The notes beneath the pieces were generated by a model that was given only the letters and a program-made list of their open reading frames with translations, had not been told where the DNA came from and made no database searches. A stretch of 64,000 nt of DNA from an uncultured Phycisphaerales bacterium. GTDB lineage: Bacteria > Planctomycetota > B15-G4 > CAYZWU01. Each line of letters begins with the position of its first letter. Position 1 is the stretch's first letter. The position numbers were made by a program, and so were the translations under genes. Of the stretch, positions 26,221 to 36,195 are shown piece after piece. The stretch lies in assembly GCA_964633825.1 (NCBI GenBank), contig CAZWHE010000002.1, forward strand, positions 4,653 to 68,652, read 5' to 3'.

Positions 26221-27477
26221 ATGGCAAACAAGAACACGACCCCCTTAAAAATCGGCATGGTTCTCTTTTCCCATTACCCGGGGGACGCGAGGCCGCGCCG
26301 CGAATGCGAGGCGCTGACCGGCGCCGGCATGTCGGTGGACATGATCTGTCTCAAAGGCGAGAAGGAACCCCGCAGGGAGACGGTGAACAACGTCTCCGTC
26401 TACAGGATTCCGGTAAGAAAAAAACGGGGATCGAAAGCGCGGTTTCTTTTCGAATATATCCTCTTCTTCATCCTGGCGTTCATCAAGCTGAGCCTCCTCC
26501 AGCTGAGAAGAAGATATCACGTGGTTCAGGCTCACAACATGCCAGACTTCCTCATCTTCACGGCGATCATTCCCAGGCTGATGGGAGCAAAGCTGATACT
26601 CGATCTCCACGATCCCATGCCCGAAGTTTTCGCGGCCAAATACGGGGTGAGCCGCACCGGCTTGTTTATGAAAATCCTCCGCCTCTCGGAAAAACTGAGC
26701 ATCCGGTTCGCCGACCTTGTCCTCACGCCGAACAAGGCGTTTCGCGACATTTTCGCCTCGCGAAACGGGGGAGGGGATAAGATTCGGATCGTCATGAACT
26801 CACCGCAGGAGACCCTTTTTCAGAAACGTGCCGGCCCGAACCCGCGAACGAGTCCGGTCCGGGAGAGATACGTCATGATGTGCCACGGGACCATTGTGGA
26901 ACGCCACGGGATCGACATCGCGCTCGAGGCGTTGAACAGGGTGAAAGAGCGGATAGAAGGAGTCGAGCTCAACGTATACGGAAAGGGCGATTTCGTCGGC
27001 GCCTTTCTGAAGAAAAGGGACGGCCTCGGCCTCGGTGAAATCGTCCATTACCACGGCCACATACCCGTCGACGAGATACCGGGCGAAATCGAGAAATGCC
27101 ACATCGGCCTGATCCCCAACAGGAAAAGCGAGTTCACTGACCTGAATTTCCCGACGTGAATATTCGAGTACATCTGCATGGGCAAACCCGTGATCGCTCC
27201 CAGGACGAAGGGGATATCGGACTACTTTGACGAGAGCTCCATTCACTTTTTCGAAGCCGGAGACGCGCAGAGCCTGGCCGGCAAGATTCTCCATGTCTAT
27301 GGGAACAAGGCCGAAAGCCGGGAAGTCCTCGAGAGGGGCTTCTCCGTCTACAATAAATACAGGTGGGAGAATCAAAGCAGGCGATATAGGAACCTCGTGG
27401 CTTCCATCGCGGGAGCTAGGGATTTCGGATTGAAAGGGGATTGCGGCGCCAGAGCCCCCGAAGAACAAGGCGTTTGA
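26221..27477 (+). pseudogene. GT4 glycosyltransferase interrupted by a single in-frame TGA at 27157-27159
   Basis: ORFs 26221-27159 and 27178-27477 are in the same frame. Translation across the stop reads 'NFPT*IFEYICMGKPVIA', the conserved GT4 motif where Lys is expected. Confidence 0.6.
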
Positions 27478-28732
27478 GCGTTCCGGCGATTGTTTTCCAT
27501 CTCACATGGAGGGGATTTCGCTTCCAGATCTCAAAGAGGCGAAACCCCGTATAGCAGGGCGTGGGCGCCATAAGCATTCTCATTGCCCAGAGCCGTCCGA
27601 AAACGAGCATCCGCTTGCGAACCAGTCCCTGGGCGGCGATGACGTCCGGCGCTGCGGCCGGCGCCAGGTCGAGATAACCGGCGCTTTCGGCGCGATCGAT
27701 GTACTCCCGGCCCCTCTGCGAGCGGACGATGACGAGGGACCGCCCTGCGTCTTCGTTGGAAACGGCGTCTTCGTTGGAAACGGCGTCTTCGTTGGAAACG
27801 GCGTTTTGCTCTTTTCCATAGCGATGCCAAGCATCGCCGCACGAGATGTCGCCCGTCTCGCCGAGTCCGTCGGGGCAGAGATGGCACCGGAAGGGACGGT
27901 GCTTCTGAAGGCTTCCCCATGACTCTTTATAGGTCATCGATTTTTGGTCCGACTCTTCGTTGAAGAGAGCCCTGAATTCCCCCGGCCAGCCGTTGCCCCG
28001 GTAGCGGAGTGTGTTGATTTTTTCGAGGGGAACGTTCATCCGGCGAAGAAGATCGAGGGTTCCCGAGGTGCTCGGCGTGCCGGCGCAGAAAAAGCTGAGC
28101 ACAAGGCCGAGGTTCCTGTCCAGAGCGGGGCGCTTTTTTCTCAGATAGGAAACAGCCTCGACGTCGCAGGGCTTGCCGATGAACACGCAGGGCCCGTCGC
28201 TCTTCTCGATGAGATCGAGGCCGTCGCAGGGAGAGGCCGGGGCGTACCGGGAGCCCGCGTTTTTTATGACCTCGGCCCTCGTCCGGCTCCGCACCGTCAT
28301 GTTGGTCCACGGCTTGGAGGGATTCATTCCCGTATGAAGGAGAAAAGACATTCCTTCTTTTTCAAGGCAATAGAGGGCGAGCGCCGACAGGCACCCGCCG
28401 GACGAAGCGGTGTGCCTCAGCTCCCCGTCGGCAGCGCTTCCCTCCCTGATTTCGAGATACGGACCGAGAAAGAGATCGCCCTCGCTGCGGCCCGGCCCGG
28501 CCGTATCGCTGGAAACGACGTTTTCGCTGCAAACGACGATGCCCGGGCAGATGGAGAGGCATTCCCCGCATCCCGAACAGACCGTGTCGCTGAAACGGGG
28601 CCTGATGCCGGCGGACTCCACGTCAGCGAGCGCGACGGCGTCCTTGTCGCAATAATAAAGGCAGGCGCCGCAGCCGACGCAGAGCCCCCACTCCACGACA
28701 TCGCGCATCGACTTAATTCGACGTGCCGGCAA
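27416..28732 (-). CDS. Coenzyme F420 hydrogenase/dehydrogenase beta-subunit-like Fe-S flavoprotein (FrhB/FdhB family)
   Basis: N-terminal 2x[4Fe-4S] ferredoxin motifs 'CVGCGAC...C' and 'CSGCGEC..C', followed by FrhB-like N and C domains. An alternative start at 28708 (MRDVV) avoids overlap with the upstream gene. Confidence 0.7.
   Translation of the reverse strand: MPARRIKSMRDVVEWGLCVGCGACLYYCDKDAVALADVESAGIRPRFSDTVCSGCGECLSICPGIVVCSENVVSSDTAGPGRSEGDLFLGPYLEIREGSAADGELRHTASSGGCLSALALYCLEKEGMSFLLHTGMNPSKPWTNMTVRSRTRAEVIKNAGSRYAPASPCDGLDLIEKSDGPCVFIGKPCDVEAVSYLRKKRPALDRNLGLVLSFFCAGTPSTSGTLDLLRRMNVPLEKINTLRYRGNGWPGEFRALFNEESDQKSMTYKESWGSLQKHRPFRCHLCPDGLGETGDISCGDAWHRYGKEQNAVSNEDAVSNEDAVSNEDAGRSLVIVRSQRGREYIDRAESAGYLDLAPAAAPDVIAAQGLVRKRMLVFGRLWAMRMLMAPTPCYTGFRLFEIWKRNPLHVRWKTIAGTLKRLVLRGLWRRNPLSIRNP
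27747..27800. repeat. In-frame 18-bp tandem repeat x3 (encodes AVSNED x3 on the minus strand)
   Basis: 'gcgtcttcgttggaaacg' is repeated three times with a degenerate fourth unit, inside the FrhB-like CDS. Confidence 0.8.
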
Positions 28733-30062
28733 CCGTCTCCTCCCCGTTCGCCAGGATTTCTTTGAAAGTTTGAAACACCGTTTCCCTCGAAGACGCGATG
28801 ATCTCTTTCATGCGGAGGCTTGCTTCTTTCCGGTTTTCATAACAGGACATCACCTTCTCGAGAGCGGATTCCGAATCGAGGCGGCGCGCATCGACCACCA
28901 TGTCGCCCAGGCCGATCAAGTTGAAAACACCGGCGAACTTCTTGCTGTACGCCACCCCGACGGTCGGAATTCCCTGGGACAGCGCCGCGATGCACGAATG
29001 CATGCGCGACCCGATAAAGAAATCGCAAAGGCCGATGATCCCTTTCATGCCGCATTGATCATGTTTTTCCATCACGAGATGGACCCTGTTCTCGAGGCCG
29101 TCCGGAAGAGATTCGAGAGCGCTTCTGCAGGCATCGGGATCGCTGTTGATGTTTCCGGGCGGGCCGAAGGTGTGGGGAACGAGAAGGACATCGCCCGGGC
29201 TCTTTTCGAGCACCCTCTTCAGGAGGAGGGAGATGAAATCCCTGTAATCGAGCTCGAGATCGAACATGTTGTCCTTCGAATACCCGCCGTTGTACATGAG
29301 GCCGTTGACATTGATTCCGATCACGGGCTTTTCGCCGCCGCGGCTTACGGGAGGGTGGATGTCGATCTTGTCGGGAAGGACGGATTCGAGCGTGAACGCC
29401 ACGTCGGGACAGAATCGAATGTTTTTCCGGGAGGAATGCTTCCCCAGAAGCTTTGTGACGATTTCGGCGCTTTCCCTGTCGCGGGAGATGATGCGGGCGG
29501 AGCGTTTCAGGATGAACCGCGCAACCGCCCTTGCGACAAACGATTTGTACGGGCCGTAAGTCTGGGGAAGAAGGACGAGATCTTTTTTCAAGACGAGGGC
29601 GGTCACGGCCGGCATGGAGCCGACGATAAAGCGCCTCAGCCCGTAGATATCGCTGAAGCTGTCGCCGCCGTTGATGTCGCCGACGAAATCAGCGGCAGCG
29701 AGCGTTCCGATCCACCTGTTCCTTCGGGCGACCCACTTTCGGAAAGCCCTGAAGGGGAGGGCGCGGCAGGCGCAGGCGAGCAGAAAGATCACGACGAGGT
29801 GCTCGTGGATTTTCGACCGCGGGCTGAGCCTGTAGTTCACGACATCGACCGATATTGTCCCGCCCCTTGTGCGGAGCTCCTGGGGCCGGGAGCTCCTGTT
29901 TCCAATGAGCAGGCAGATGTTCGATTCCGGCCTGGAGCGGAGGACGAGCTTGATCAATGACGCCGCCAGGGCGGACACGCCCATGTTTCCCGTGTCGAGC
30001 GAAGCCCCCAGGAGGCAGACAGCGCCTCTTCGGGCAGCGGAGCTTTCGACATTCCCGTTCAT
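28713..30062 (-). CDS. Polysaccharide pyruvyl transferase (WcaK/CsaB/ExoV family)
   Basis: 'GASLDTGNMGVSALA...LIGN', 'FVGDINGGDSFSDIYG', and a C-terminal 'GSRMHSCIAALSQGIPTVGVAYSKKF' typical of PS_pyruv_trans. Confidence 0.8.
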   Translation of the reverse strand: MNGNVESSAARRGAVCLLGASLDTGNMGVSALAASLIKLVLRSRPESNICLLIGNRSSRPQELRTRGGTISVDVVNYRLSPRSKIHEHLVVIFLLACACRALPFRAFRKWVARRNRWIGTLAAADFVGDINGGDSFSDIYGLRRFIVGSMPAVTALVLKKDLVLLPQTYGPYKSFVARAVARFILKRSARIISRDRESAEIVTKLLGKHSSRKNIRFCPDVAFTLESVLPDKIDIHPPVSRGGEKPVIGINVNGLMYNGGYSKDNMFDLELDYRDFISLLLKRVLEKSPGDVLLVPHTFGPPGNINSDPDACRSALESLPDGLENRVHLVMEKHDQCGMKGIIGLCDFFIGSRMHSCIAALSQGIPTVGVAYSKKFAGVFNLIGLGDMVVDARRLDSESALEKVMSCYENRKEASLRMKEIIASSRETVFQTFKEILANGEETVAGTSN

Positions 30063-30065
30063 TGG

Positions 30066-30650
30066 CTATTCCCGGTGGAACTGAAAAGCTTTCGACATGT
30101 CCCGGGCGGGATTGCCGAGCATGAAGGCGTTGTCGGGAACATCCTTGGTGACGACCGAGCCCGGCCCGATGACAACATTATCGCCGATCGTGATCCCCGA
30201 CAGGATGATCGCGCCCGTGCTCACCCAGACATTGTTCTTGATGACCGTTTTCTTGTACTCGCCCCTGTCGTACCCGAAGACGGCGTGCCTCGGACCGAGA
30301 ATGCTCACATGCGGCCCCGTGGAAAAGTGATCGCCGATCTCGAGCGGTCCCATGAGGATGTTGTGAAGCCCGAAGAGGCAGTTGTTTCCAGCGGTGATGT
30401 CGCCGTTCTTGGCGTTCCAAACGTTGAACTCTTCGATAAAAACATTGTCGCCCACGCGGGCGGAGAAAGGCTCTTTCCTGGAAAGCCTGAAACGATGCCC
30501 GATATCAACGAACCTGCCGCGCTTCAAATACTTGAACCGATAGTACCTGCGCGTCACCATAAAAACGGTTTTCTTGATCATTCCCCTGACGAAGTTATTG
30601 GTGACAAAAGGGAGTTTCGGGCCGGTCGGCGGATTGAAGAGTTCTGCCAT
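30066..30650 (-). CDS. Hexapeptide-repeat O-acetyltransferase (WcaF/NodL/maltose-acetyltransferase-like)
   Basis: C-terminal LbH repeats 'VWVSTGAIILSGITIGDNVVIGPGSVV' and a 'GNPAR' motif. Confidence 0.75.
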   Translation of the reverse strand: MAELFNPPTGPKLPFVTNNFVRGMIKKTVFMVTRRYYRFKYLKRGRFVDIGHRFRLSRKEPFSARVGDNVFIEEFNVWNAKNGDITAGNNCLFGLHNILMGPLEIGDHFSTGPHVSILGPRHAVFGYDRGEYKKTVIKNNVWVSTGAIILSGITIGDNVVIGPGSVVTKDVPDNAFMLGNPARDMSKAFQFHRE

Positions 30651-30784
30651 TGCCCTTTCCTCATTCGTTCAGAAACGGAACAACAAAACAGAGGATTCGC
30701 AACGATTCAGGCAGCACCGGAAGCGATCAACGTCGTCCATGATGTGATGAATATTCCAACGCCGCCAAGAGAGTATAGCAGCGG

Positions 30785-30813
30785 TTGACATTTGGCAATA
30801 AACATTTATATCA
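30785..30813 (+). promoter_or_regulatory. Candidate sigma70-type promoter for the acyl-CoA ligase / nadE-like operon
   Basis: TTGACA, a 16-17-nt spacer, then TATATC. It lies ~25 nt upstream of a GAAAGG RBS and the ATG at 30838, in a divergent intergenic region. Confidence 0.35.
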
Positions 30814-30837
30814 GTAGCGGAAGTTGAAAGGCAAACT

Positions 30838-32382
30838 ATGATCATTTGCGACTATCTCACGAGATCGTGCGAAAGAGACCCCTCAAAGATCTCGGTTTCG
30901 TCCGAATCGGAAAGCATCGACTACGCCGCGCTTCTGAGCCGCGCGCGAAGATTTTCATGCGCCGCCAGGGCCGCCGGGCTCCGACAAGGAGACCGGGTCG
31001 TTCTCTTCACCGACAACTCCGTGGGATACGTTGTCTCCTATTTCGGCGTGCTCCTCGCCGGGGGCGTGGTCGTGGGACAGTCGACGGCCAACAAAGAGCG
31101 GCACCTCAAGAACATCATCAACCACTGCGAGGCCGCCGGCGTCGTCACCTCGGGCCGGAGCATACGAACACTCCACAACGTGGCTGCCGAGTGTCCGTCC
31201 TTGAAATTCCTGTTCTACGACGGATCGTTTCCCAGGGAAACGGTTTTCCAAGGAATGACCTGCCGGGAACTGGGCGACATCTACGGCGGCCGGTATGACG
31301 ACGGGTTCCGGACGACAACAAGCCCGGACGATCTGGCCCAGATCATATACACGTCCGGAACGACGGGAAATCCCAAGGGAGTCATGCTCTCCCACAAAAA
31401 CCTCCGCGCCAACACGGAATCGATCATCGAATACCTGAAGCTCACCCCCGACGACCGCGCCATGGTCGTCATGCCTTTTTACTATTCCTACGGAAACAGC
31501 CTCCTTCTCACACACATCGCCTGCTCGGGGAGCCTGGTCATCGACAACCGCTTCGCCTTCCCGCGAAAGATACTCGAGCGCATGGCCGAGGAAGAAGCGA
31601 CCGGTTTCGCCGGCGTTCCCTCGACCTTCGCCATCCTCCTGCACAAGGCCGGGCTGGGCGGGTTCGGCCTCCCCTCTCTCCGGTACGTGACCCAGGCGGG
31701 GGGCGCCATGTCCCCGGCCCTGACCAAGGAGCTGAGGGACGCCGTCCCGGGCGCCGACATCTACATCATGTACGGCCAGACCGAAGCCTCGGCGCGCCTG
31801 TCCTACCTCGAACCGGAGAGGCTGGCGGACAAACTGGGCACCATCGGCAAGGCCATTCCGGGAGTGACCCTCGACGTGAAAAACGAAAAGGGCGCCCCCG
31901 TCGTTCCGGGAGAGGCCGGCGAGATCGTCGCCCGGGGCGACAACATCATGATGGGCTACTGGAAAAATCCGCGGGAGACTCAAAAAGTGATCAGGGAAGA
32001 CGGCCTCCACACGGGCGATCTCGCCACCGTCGACGACGAGGGATTCATATACATCGTGTCGAGAAAGTCGGACATGATCAAATCGGGCGCCCACAGGATC
32101 AGCCCAAAGGAAATAGAAGAAGTGATCATGGAGGACGATCGGGTCCACGAAGTCGCCGTCGTGGGCGAGCCCGACCCCGTGATGGGCGAAACCATCGTCG
32201 CCCTCGTTGTTTCGAAGGCAGGCGCCCGGCTGGACGCCAACGACCTCTCCCGGCTCTGCAACAGGCACTTGCCCCTTTACAAGATGCCGAAAAGGATCGA
32301 GTTCAAAAAAGAGCTCCCCAAGACGGCTTCGGGCAAGATCAAGAGGGACCTCCTGCGCAGAGAGTTGAACCTATCTTCCTAA
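30838..32382 (+). CDS. AMP-dependent synthetase/ligase (acyl-CoA or acyl-ACP ligase-like)
   Basis: AMP-binding motif 'IIYTSGTTGNPKGVMLSHKNL', 'YGQTE', 'GDLATVDDEGFIYIVSRKSDMIKSGAHRISPKEIE', and the terminal Lys region 'LPKTASGKIKR'. Confidence 0.85.
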   Translation: MIICDYLTRSCERDPSKISVSSESESIDYAALLSRARRFSCAARAAGLRQGDRVVLFTDNSVGYVVSYFGVLLAGGVVVGQSTANKERHLKNIINHCEAAGVVTSGRSIRTLHNVAAECPSLKFLFYDGSFPRETVFQGMTCRELGDIYGGRYDDGFRTTTSPDDLAQIIYTSGTTGNPKGVMLSHKNLRANTESIIEYLKLTPDDRAMVVMPFYYSYGNSLLLTHIACSGSLVIDNRFAFPRKILERMAEEEATGFAGVPSTFAILLHKAGLGGFGLPSLRYVTQAGGAMSPALTKELRDAVPGADIYIMYGQTEASARLSYLEPERLADKLGTIGKAIPGVTLDVKNEKGAPVVPGEAGEIVARGDNIMMGYWKNPRETQKVIREDGLHTGDLATVDDEGFIYIVSRKSDMIKSGAHRISPKEIEEVIMEDDRVHEVAVVGEPDPVMGETIVALVVSKAGARLDANDLSRLCNRHLPLYKMPKRIEFKKELPKTASGKIKRDLLRRELNLSS

Positions 32383-32405
32383 CCCGGTTATTTAGAGGAT
32401 TGACA

Positions 32406-33365
32406 ATGGAATTTTCCAAAGACTCACTCAAACTGGATTGCGAACAAGAAGTCGGCCGCCTCGTCACGCAGATGAGAGAGAGCGTCCGCGCGTTCAAGCG
32501 CGGGGGAGCCGTCATCGGGATCTCGGGCGGCATCGACTCCAGCGTGGTGCTGGCCCTGTCGGCCCGCGCCTTCGGCCCGGAGAAGGTCATCGGGATCTCC
32601 ATGCCCGAAAAGGAGACGTCCACTGTCTCGTCCCCGCTGGCCGAAGAGCTCTCCCGCAGGTTCGAAACGACCTACATCGTGGAAGACATCACGCCCACCC
32701 TGGAAGGAGCCGGCACCTATCGAAAGAGGGACGACGCGATCCGTGAGCTGATTCCGAGCTACGGACCGGGCTGGACGTGCAAGATCGTGCTGCCCCAGAA
32801 CCTTCTCGAAAAGGGCGGGCTGAACATCTTTTCCGTTGTCGTCGAATCGCCCGACGGTGAGAGCATCTCGAAGAGGCTCTCTCCCAAGAGCTACCTCCAG
32901 ATCGTGGCCGCGTCGAATTACAAGCAGCGCACGAGGATGATGACCCTCTACTACCACGCCGAGAAGAATAACTATGCCGTGATCGGCACGGGGAACAAGA
33001 ACGAGCACGACCAGGGGTTCTTCGTCAAGTACGGCGACGGCGGCGCCGACATCAAGCCGATCGCCCGCTATTTCAAGACCCAGGTCTACCAGCTCGGCGA
33101 ATACCTCGGCGTCACCGAGGAGATACTGAAGAGAACGCCCACGACGGACACCTATTCGGCCGAGGTCACCCAGGAGGAGTTTTTTTTCCGCCTCGACTTC
33201 GAGAAGCTCGACCTGATCTGGTACGCCTTGGATAAGGAAATCCCCGCGGAAAAAACGGCCGACGTGCTGGGCCTGACGGCCGAGCAGGTCGAGAGGGTTC
33301 AGAACGACATCATCCAGAAAAAGCGGACCACCGAATATCTCAGGGCGAACCCCGTCGAGCTCTAA
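32406..33365 (+). CDS. nadE: NH3-dependent NAD+ synthetase-like PP-loop ATPase (NadE family)
   Basis: PP-loop 'GISGGIDSSVV', and 'GFFVKYGDGGADIKPI' matching the NadE 'GFFTKYGDGG.DI.P' motif. ~45 aa longer than typical NadE. Confidence 0.7.
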   Translation: MEFSKDSLKLDCEQEVGRLVTQMRESVRAFKRGGAVIGISGGIDSSVVLALSARAFGPEKVIGISMPEKETSTVSSPLAEELSRRFETTYIVEDITPTLEGAGTYRKRDDAIRELIPSYGPGWTCKIVLPQNLLEKGGLNIFSVVVESPDGESISKRLSPKSYLQIVAASNYKQRTRMMTLYYHAEKNNYAVIGTGNKNEHDQGFFVKYGDGGADIKPIARYFKTQVYQLGEYLGVTEEILKRTPTTDTYSAEVTQEEFFFRLDFEKLDLIWYALDKEIPAEKTADVLGLTAEQVERVQNDIIQKKRTTEYLRANPVEL

Positions 33366-33374
33366 CGGCCGATT

Positions 33375-34280
33375 TTATGAACCGCGCCCCCTTCCCCACA
33401 GGCGCTTCAGCCATTGAACGGCGTTTCTCCGCTGTTGTTTCTTCAAAGCTTTTCTGAATTCCGGGGATTCCGTCTCTTCGCCCCCGGCCAGGGCGCGAAA
33501 ATATCCCTTCAACATATAATAGCCGATCCTCGGGCTCCTGTTGAACACGACCTGCTTCGCCGCGTGGAGCAGGAAATGCCAGAAGTACCCGCCCATGTAG
33601 CGACTCGTGTTCCCGTACTTGAGCCCCGCTTTTTTCAGGCCCTCCCCCTCGGCCCGGCCCGTGGGCTTCAGATGGATGATCTTCAGGGAGTCGATCTGGC
33701 CTGTTTTCCATCCCTTCATGCCTGCCCGGATCGTGTCGACCCCGTCCCAGCCCGACCGGCTGATGAGACCTCCGATCTCTTCGAAGCACTTCTTCCTGTA
33801 GAACTTGCACGCACCGCTCACAAAACCCTCGGGAACGATCACCTCCTTGAGCGGCCCCGAATCCCTTATCCTCTCGAACCGCGTTCCCCCCGTGACGCCG
33901 AGCTCGGGATCGTCGCGGAAGGCTTTGCAGATCCTTTCGATCGTGTCGTCGGGAAACTCCAGGTCACCGTCGAACTTGGACACGATGTCGTACTCGAGAT
34001 CGCCGATCTCGGCGAGCCCCCTGTTGAACGACTCGATCACGCCCTCGGCCGGTTTCCGGCATCCCCTGTCGGGAAGAGAGACATATTCCACGAAAGAACG
34101 GCCGGCCGTTCCCTCCTGGACGATCCTTCCCGTTTCGTCGGTGCTCCCGTCGTCAACGACGATCCACTTGACGGGCTTGTGCGTCTGCCCGACCATGCAT
34201 CGAACGGTCGTTCCGATGTGGCGCCCCTCGTTTCTGACGGGAGTTATGATGACGACTCGCATTCCCGTATTTTCGCCCAA
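33375..34280 (-). CDS. Family 2 glycosyltransferase
   Basis: 'MRVVIITPVRNEGRHI...WIVVDDGSTDET' and a 'DGD' motif. The likely start is the Met at 34262. Confidence 0.75.
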   Translation of the reverse strand: MGENTGMRVVIITPVRNEGRHIGTTVRCMVGQTHKPVKWIVVDDGSTDETGRIVQEGTAGRSFVEYVSLPDRGCRKPAEGVIESFNRGLAEIGDLEYDIVSKFDGDLEFPDDTIERICKAFRDDPELGVTGGTRFERIRDSGPLKEVIVPEGFVSGACKFYRKKCFEEIGGLISRSGWDGVDTIRAGMKGWKTGQIDSLKIIHLKPTGRAEGEGLKKAGLKYGNTSRYMGGYFWHFLLHAAKQVVFNRSPRIGYYMLKGYFRALAGGEETESPEFRKALKKQQRRNAVQWLKRLWGRGRGS

Positions 34281-34524
34281 AGTCCGCGGCTGACTGAAAG
34301 AAATATTCTACCGGGATAGAGAGACCGCGGGAAGAGGGGTCGGCCTCGAGCGGGACTGCTCCGGCCGGGACAATAATATGTTATATTTATTTGCATTGTT
34401 GCTTTGTTTGCATTACACTCTTTAATTGCCTTCGCCCGAAACCGGGACACGGAAAGCCTGTTAATAACATCATCATGCCTAAACAAAACAGACATTCCCA
34501 GATCTCGAAAGGAGGCCGTTTTCC

Positions 34525-36195
34525 ATGAAACAAATTACCGCAATCCTGTTGTGCCTGTCCTTTCTTTTCCTGACAGCTTCCGCACAGCCGGACCAATCCC
34601 GACAGCCCGGCCGCCAGCCGATCCGCGTGGTCTATGTCAACCACGTGGAAGTGGAGAGCGTCATCGACAATATCGGCCCTCTGGTCAATGGAACGACCTA
34701 CACCGCCACGCCTTCCCGCTACGCCTACACACAGGGCCAGATCGACTGGGAGATCGCTCGGACCGAATCGGTCGGCGCCGTGATCTCCTTTCACATGAGC
34801 GGGGCGTTCGCCGAGATGGCCGATCTGATGGGCCACAAACCGGTCTGGAGCTTCCGCCTCGACCGGGGCCACACCGTGGGCGTTCACACACACAAGTTTC
34901 TGCGCGCCGGACCCCGCCTCTGGACCTATGAAACCAACGCCGCTCAGCCGGAGATCAACCAGCACTGGCAGGACAACTATGATCTGGCCGGCAGCCTCGT
35001 CGGGACTTCGAACCTCTGGGTGGGCGAATCGCACTACTTTAGTCAAACCATGTGGACCCTGCTCGGTTACAGTCTCAAAACGACCGAGGCCATGGCCCTC
35101 CTCCCCGCAGACCAGCACATTGTCTGGCTTGTGGAACGCGATCAGCAGGGCACTGTCACCTACCCTCATTTCCCCCAGATCGGCCAGGCTGGCTGGCACG
35201 GACCCGTGGGCAGCCAGATCTACTTTGATCTGCGCACTCCCCAGCTCAAAAAGGAGTTCCTCATGCTCCTCATGGAATGGCTGGAACGGGAGAGGCTCGG
35301 CCTGGAGCCCCAGGTCTGGGCCTGGGGATGGTGCAATCACGGCGGCCATAGCACGGAGTTCTACGCCGCCGAAATCGAGGAGATGCTTAACTGGCTGGAG
35401 AGCGAATTCATCGACAGAACATCGCCGCGGGGAAACACGATCGCTCTGTTCGCCGGCGACCACGGCCTCAAGGACGCCTACGAGGATTATGAACAGGCCG
35501 GCGGACAGCCTCTTCCGTCGCCCCAGACAAATGTGAACGACCAGTTCCCGTACATGGCCGAAGCCCTGGCCGATGCCGGCGTCACCGTCGACCTGACGGG
35601 CGATCTCGGTCTGCCCGGCGTCCGTCTCTTCGAGATGGAGCGGGACTCGGCAGACAACCCGCCCGCCGGAGACCCGCCCCGCCTCTATCTCGTCTTTCGG
35701 GAGAACGACGGAAGCGATCCCATCGACCTCGGACCCATTCTCGCGAGCCAGGGCATCTACGGCCCCTTCGCCCGCTCGTACGACGTGGTCAACGGCGGCT
35801 GGAGCACGGCGCGCGTCGACGATCTCATCATCGGTTCGGCACCGCTCGTCGTGGAACCGATGCCGGGCCTCGAGGTGTCGCCTCTTCAGCTCGGGCAGCC
35901 GGCCTTCTTCAGGGCGACCAACGGCGAGCCGGGCGGCACGGTGCACTTCATATACAGCCTCGCCGGCCCCGGCTCCACCTGGGTGCCCCAGCTCGACGAT
36001 TTCGTCGACCTCGCCTCGCCCCTCTACAATCCGGGAAGCGCTTTTGTCGATGCCCAGGGAGAAGCCATTCTCAGCCGGAACGTTCCCCCCGGCGCGCCGC
36101 TGATCGATGTTTCGTTCCAATCGATCCAGCTCACTGCGGACGGTTTGAAAAAGTCAAATGTTGTGACCGCTTCGGTCACAAGGGAGTCCCCATGA
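34525..36195 (+). CDS. Secreted protein of unknown function
   Basis: Strong RBS AAAGGAGG and signal peptide 'MKQITAILLCLSFLFLTASAQ'. The long antisense ORF 34387-36120 is treated as an artefact. Confidence 0.6.
   Translation: MKQITAILLCLSFLFLTASAQPDQSRQPGRQPIRVVYVNHVEVESVIDNIGPLVNGTTYTATPSRYAYTQGQIDWEIARTESVGAVISFHMSGAFAEMADLMGHKPVWSFRLDRGHTVGVHTHKFLRAGPRLWTYETNAAQPEINQHWQDNYDLAGSLVGTSNLWVGESHYFSQTMWTLLGYSLKTTEAMALLPADQHIVWLVERDQQGTVTYPHFPQIGQAGWHGPVGSQIYFDLRTPQLKKEFLMLLMEWLERERLGLEPQVWAWGWCNHGGHSTEFYAAEIEEMLNWLESEFIDRTSPRGNTIALFAGDHGLKDAYEDYEQAGGQPLPSPQTNVNDQFPYMAEALADAGVTVDLTGDLGLPGVRLFEMERDSADNPPAGDPPRLYLVFRENDGSDPIDLGPILASQGIYGPFARSYDVVNGGWSTARVDDLIIGSAPLVVEPMPGLEVSPLQLGQPAFFRATNGEPGGTVHFIYSLAGPGSTWVPQLDDFVDLASPLYNPGSAFVDAQGEAILSRNVPPGAPLIDVSFQSIQLTADGLKKSNVVTASVTRESP

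Noticed and set aside
26221-27477. TGA recoding (selenocysteine or an alternative genetic code) as the explanation for the in-frame TGA in the GT4 gene.
   Set aside because: Every other gene in the window is an uninterrupted ORF under the standard code. No SECIS-like hairpin is obvious downstream. The stop replaces a conserved Lys, not Cys. A nonsense mutation or a sequencing error is more parsimonious.
34387-36120. 577-aa minus-strand ORF overlapping the 34525-36195 plus-strand gene.
   Set aside because: The plus-strand gene has a strong AAAGGAGG RBS and a clean signal peptide. The minus ORF has neither and its composition is Gly/Arg/Ala/Pro-heavy, as expected for antisense of GC-rich coding DNA.
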